Source of the DNA: a virus
Taxonomy: Duplodnaviria > Caudoviricetes
Length of the DNA stretch: 48,560 bases
IMG/VR virus record: IMGVR_UViG_3300037483_001129
Span: 1 to 48,560 of that record
Strand: one strand, 5' to 3'
The notes under the pieces were generated by a model. The model did not search any database. It saw only the letters and a program-made list of their open reading frames with translations, and was not told the DNA's origin. A program made the translations under genes and the position numbers. Of this stretch, positions 47,431 through 48,560 are shown piece by piece (position 1 is the first letter of the stretch; each line of letters begins with the position of its first letter).

Positions 47431-48560
47431 ACAAGGCATATCAATAATTATTTCAGCGAGGAACGAAGAAAAAACACTTCCCATGACAGTTGGGCATTTG
47501 TTTGAAGAGATGCATACAACTGGTATAGAAAAATCGGAAATCATTGTTGTAGACAATGGGTCAGAAGATGAAACAACCAGATTTTTTGCTTGGAAAGCTA
47601 TTGAAAAAGGCAGGTATTGGAAATATCAATATTCACCAAGGGGTGTAGTTTATGAAGGAAAGTTAAGATTAATATTTGACCCCGTGATGAGTAATGTCGG
47701 TGCTAGAAATAGAGGAGTAGATTATGCTAAGTACGATAATATTATTTTTGCTGATGCTCATATTATTACCAGGTTTGGTACAATTCTTTCGACAGTTAAA
47801 ACTCTTAATGAATTCGGTGGACTTGTCCACGCACCTGTCTCCTGGCTTGGAAGCAGCTCAGAAAACCCACAACCAAGCTATCAATATTCATGGAAGGTTG
47901 GTGAAAAGATTTGGGGAACTTGGAACAGACTCAAAATTGCAGACCAACCCTTCTATATTCCCCTCTCAGGACATTGCTGGCTTGGAGTTAAAAGAAAAGA
48001 ATTTCTTGAAAAAGGAGGTTATCCTCTTGCCCAAAGAGTCTATGGAGGAGGAGAACCATACTTACCCTCAGTCTGGTGGATGACAGGTTCGACTGTAGTC
48101 TGTGATCCCAATTCCCTTGTCTACCATTTATCGGCAGGTAGAGGCTATAGTTGGCACTCTAATGACCTGCTTCATAATATGATGTTGGTTGCGTATGCAG
48201 TAGGAGGAGAAGAGTGGGCAGACAGAATTTTAATTACATACATGAATAAAATTGGTGGTTTAACTCCAGTTCTTAAACTTTTATACGATGAAGCGATTGA
48301 AGAAGCTACTCCTTTAAAGAAATGGCTGGATGAACACAAAATTATGACTTTTGAAGAAATGCTTGGACTGGAACGGGAAAATGATTGCACTAAGTGCGTG
48401 AAAAGAGGATATCCAGAGCCTCATGTTATGCGGGTGTGGGATAAGTTGAATGAGGAAAAGTATGGCTACCATCGCAGCTATGTCACCAACTTTGCTCTGC
48501 GACGTGAAGAAGACAAAGTTTTCATAGGAAATACTGAAATATATGTACCTCAAGCCTTAG
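47405..48560 (+). CDS. GT-A glycosyltransferase resembling polypeptide GalNAc-transferases (GT27-like); continues across the junction to 481 (392 aa); not in the ORF track
   Basis: Hand translation: SIIISARNEE..IIVVDNGS..GARNRG..IIFADAH..EFLEKGGY..VYGGGEPYLPSVWWMTGSTVVCDPNSLVYHL. Confidence 0.8.
   Translation, partial: MSTLSEINKQGISIIISARNEEKTLPMTVGHLFEEMHTTGIEKSEIIVVDNGSEDETTRFFAWKAIEKGRYWKYQYSPRGVVYEGKLRLIFDPVMSNVGARNRGVDYAKYDNIIFADAHIITRFGTILSTVKTLNEFGGLVHAPVSWLGSSSENPQPSYQYSWKVGEKIWGTWNRLKIADQPFYIPLSGHCWLGVKRKEFLEKGGYPLAQRVYGGGEPYLPSVWWMTGSTVVCDPNSLVYHLSAGRGYSWHSNDLLHNMMLVAYAVGGEEWADRILITYMNKIGGLTPVLKLLYDEAIEEATPLKKWLDEHKIMTFEEMLGLERENDCTKCVKRGYPEPHVMRVWDKLNEEKYGYHRSYVTNFALRREEDKVFIGNTEIYVPQAL
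48103..48560. repeat. Imperfect terminal direct repeat, copy 2
   Basis: Colinear with 1-458. Confidence 0.95.

Noticed and set aside
47724-48083. 119-aa ORF in the track
   Set aside because: Off-frame inside the real glycosyltransferase that starts at 47405.
1-48560. Alternative genetic code, tRNA or rRNA genes
   Set aside because: Genes are intact and tightly packed under code 11 with all three stops used; I recognised no tRNA cloverleaf by eye (not computationally excluded).

Overview
The window is an apparently complete, circularly permuted ~48.1 kb dsDNA tailed-phage genome: bases 1-458 overlap 48103-48560, and the architecture is podovirus-like with no tape-measure gene. The + strand carries packaging and head genes (terS, terL, portal, scaffold, MCP), a ~12 kb, 14-gene glycan-biosynthesis cluster (13 recognisable enzymes), adhesin/tail/ejection proteins and a lysis cassette. 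The - strand arm (14.4-25.4 kb) carries early and accessory genes. Two systems stand out. (1) A TIGR-Tas-like RNA-guided locus: a nuclease-less Nop/IS110-type protein (TasA-like) followed directly by a 6-unit dual-spacer array (35-nt period), plus a second 4-unit array of the same type overlapping the 3' end of a ParB-like CTPase gene. (2) A candidate phage-encoded mucin-type O-glycosylation system: a polypeptide-GalNAc-transferase-like enzyme that spans the contig junction and is missed by the ORF track, GT47, sulfotransferase, methyltransferase and nucleotide-sugar genes, and five virion-module proteins with long, almost pure Ser/Thr tracts. A phiEco32-like amidoligase/glutamine-amidotransferase pair is also present. 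I recognised no DNA polymerase, helicase, primase or integrase. All family calls are by-eye motif recognition; no database searches were run.
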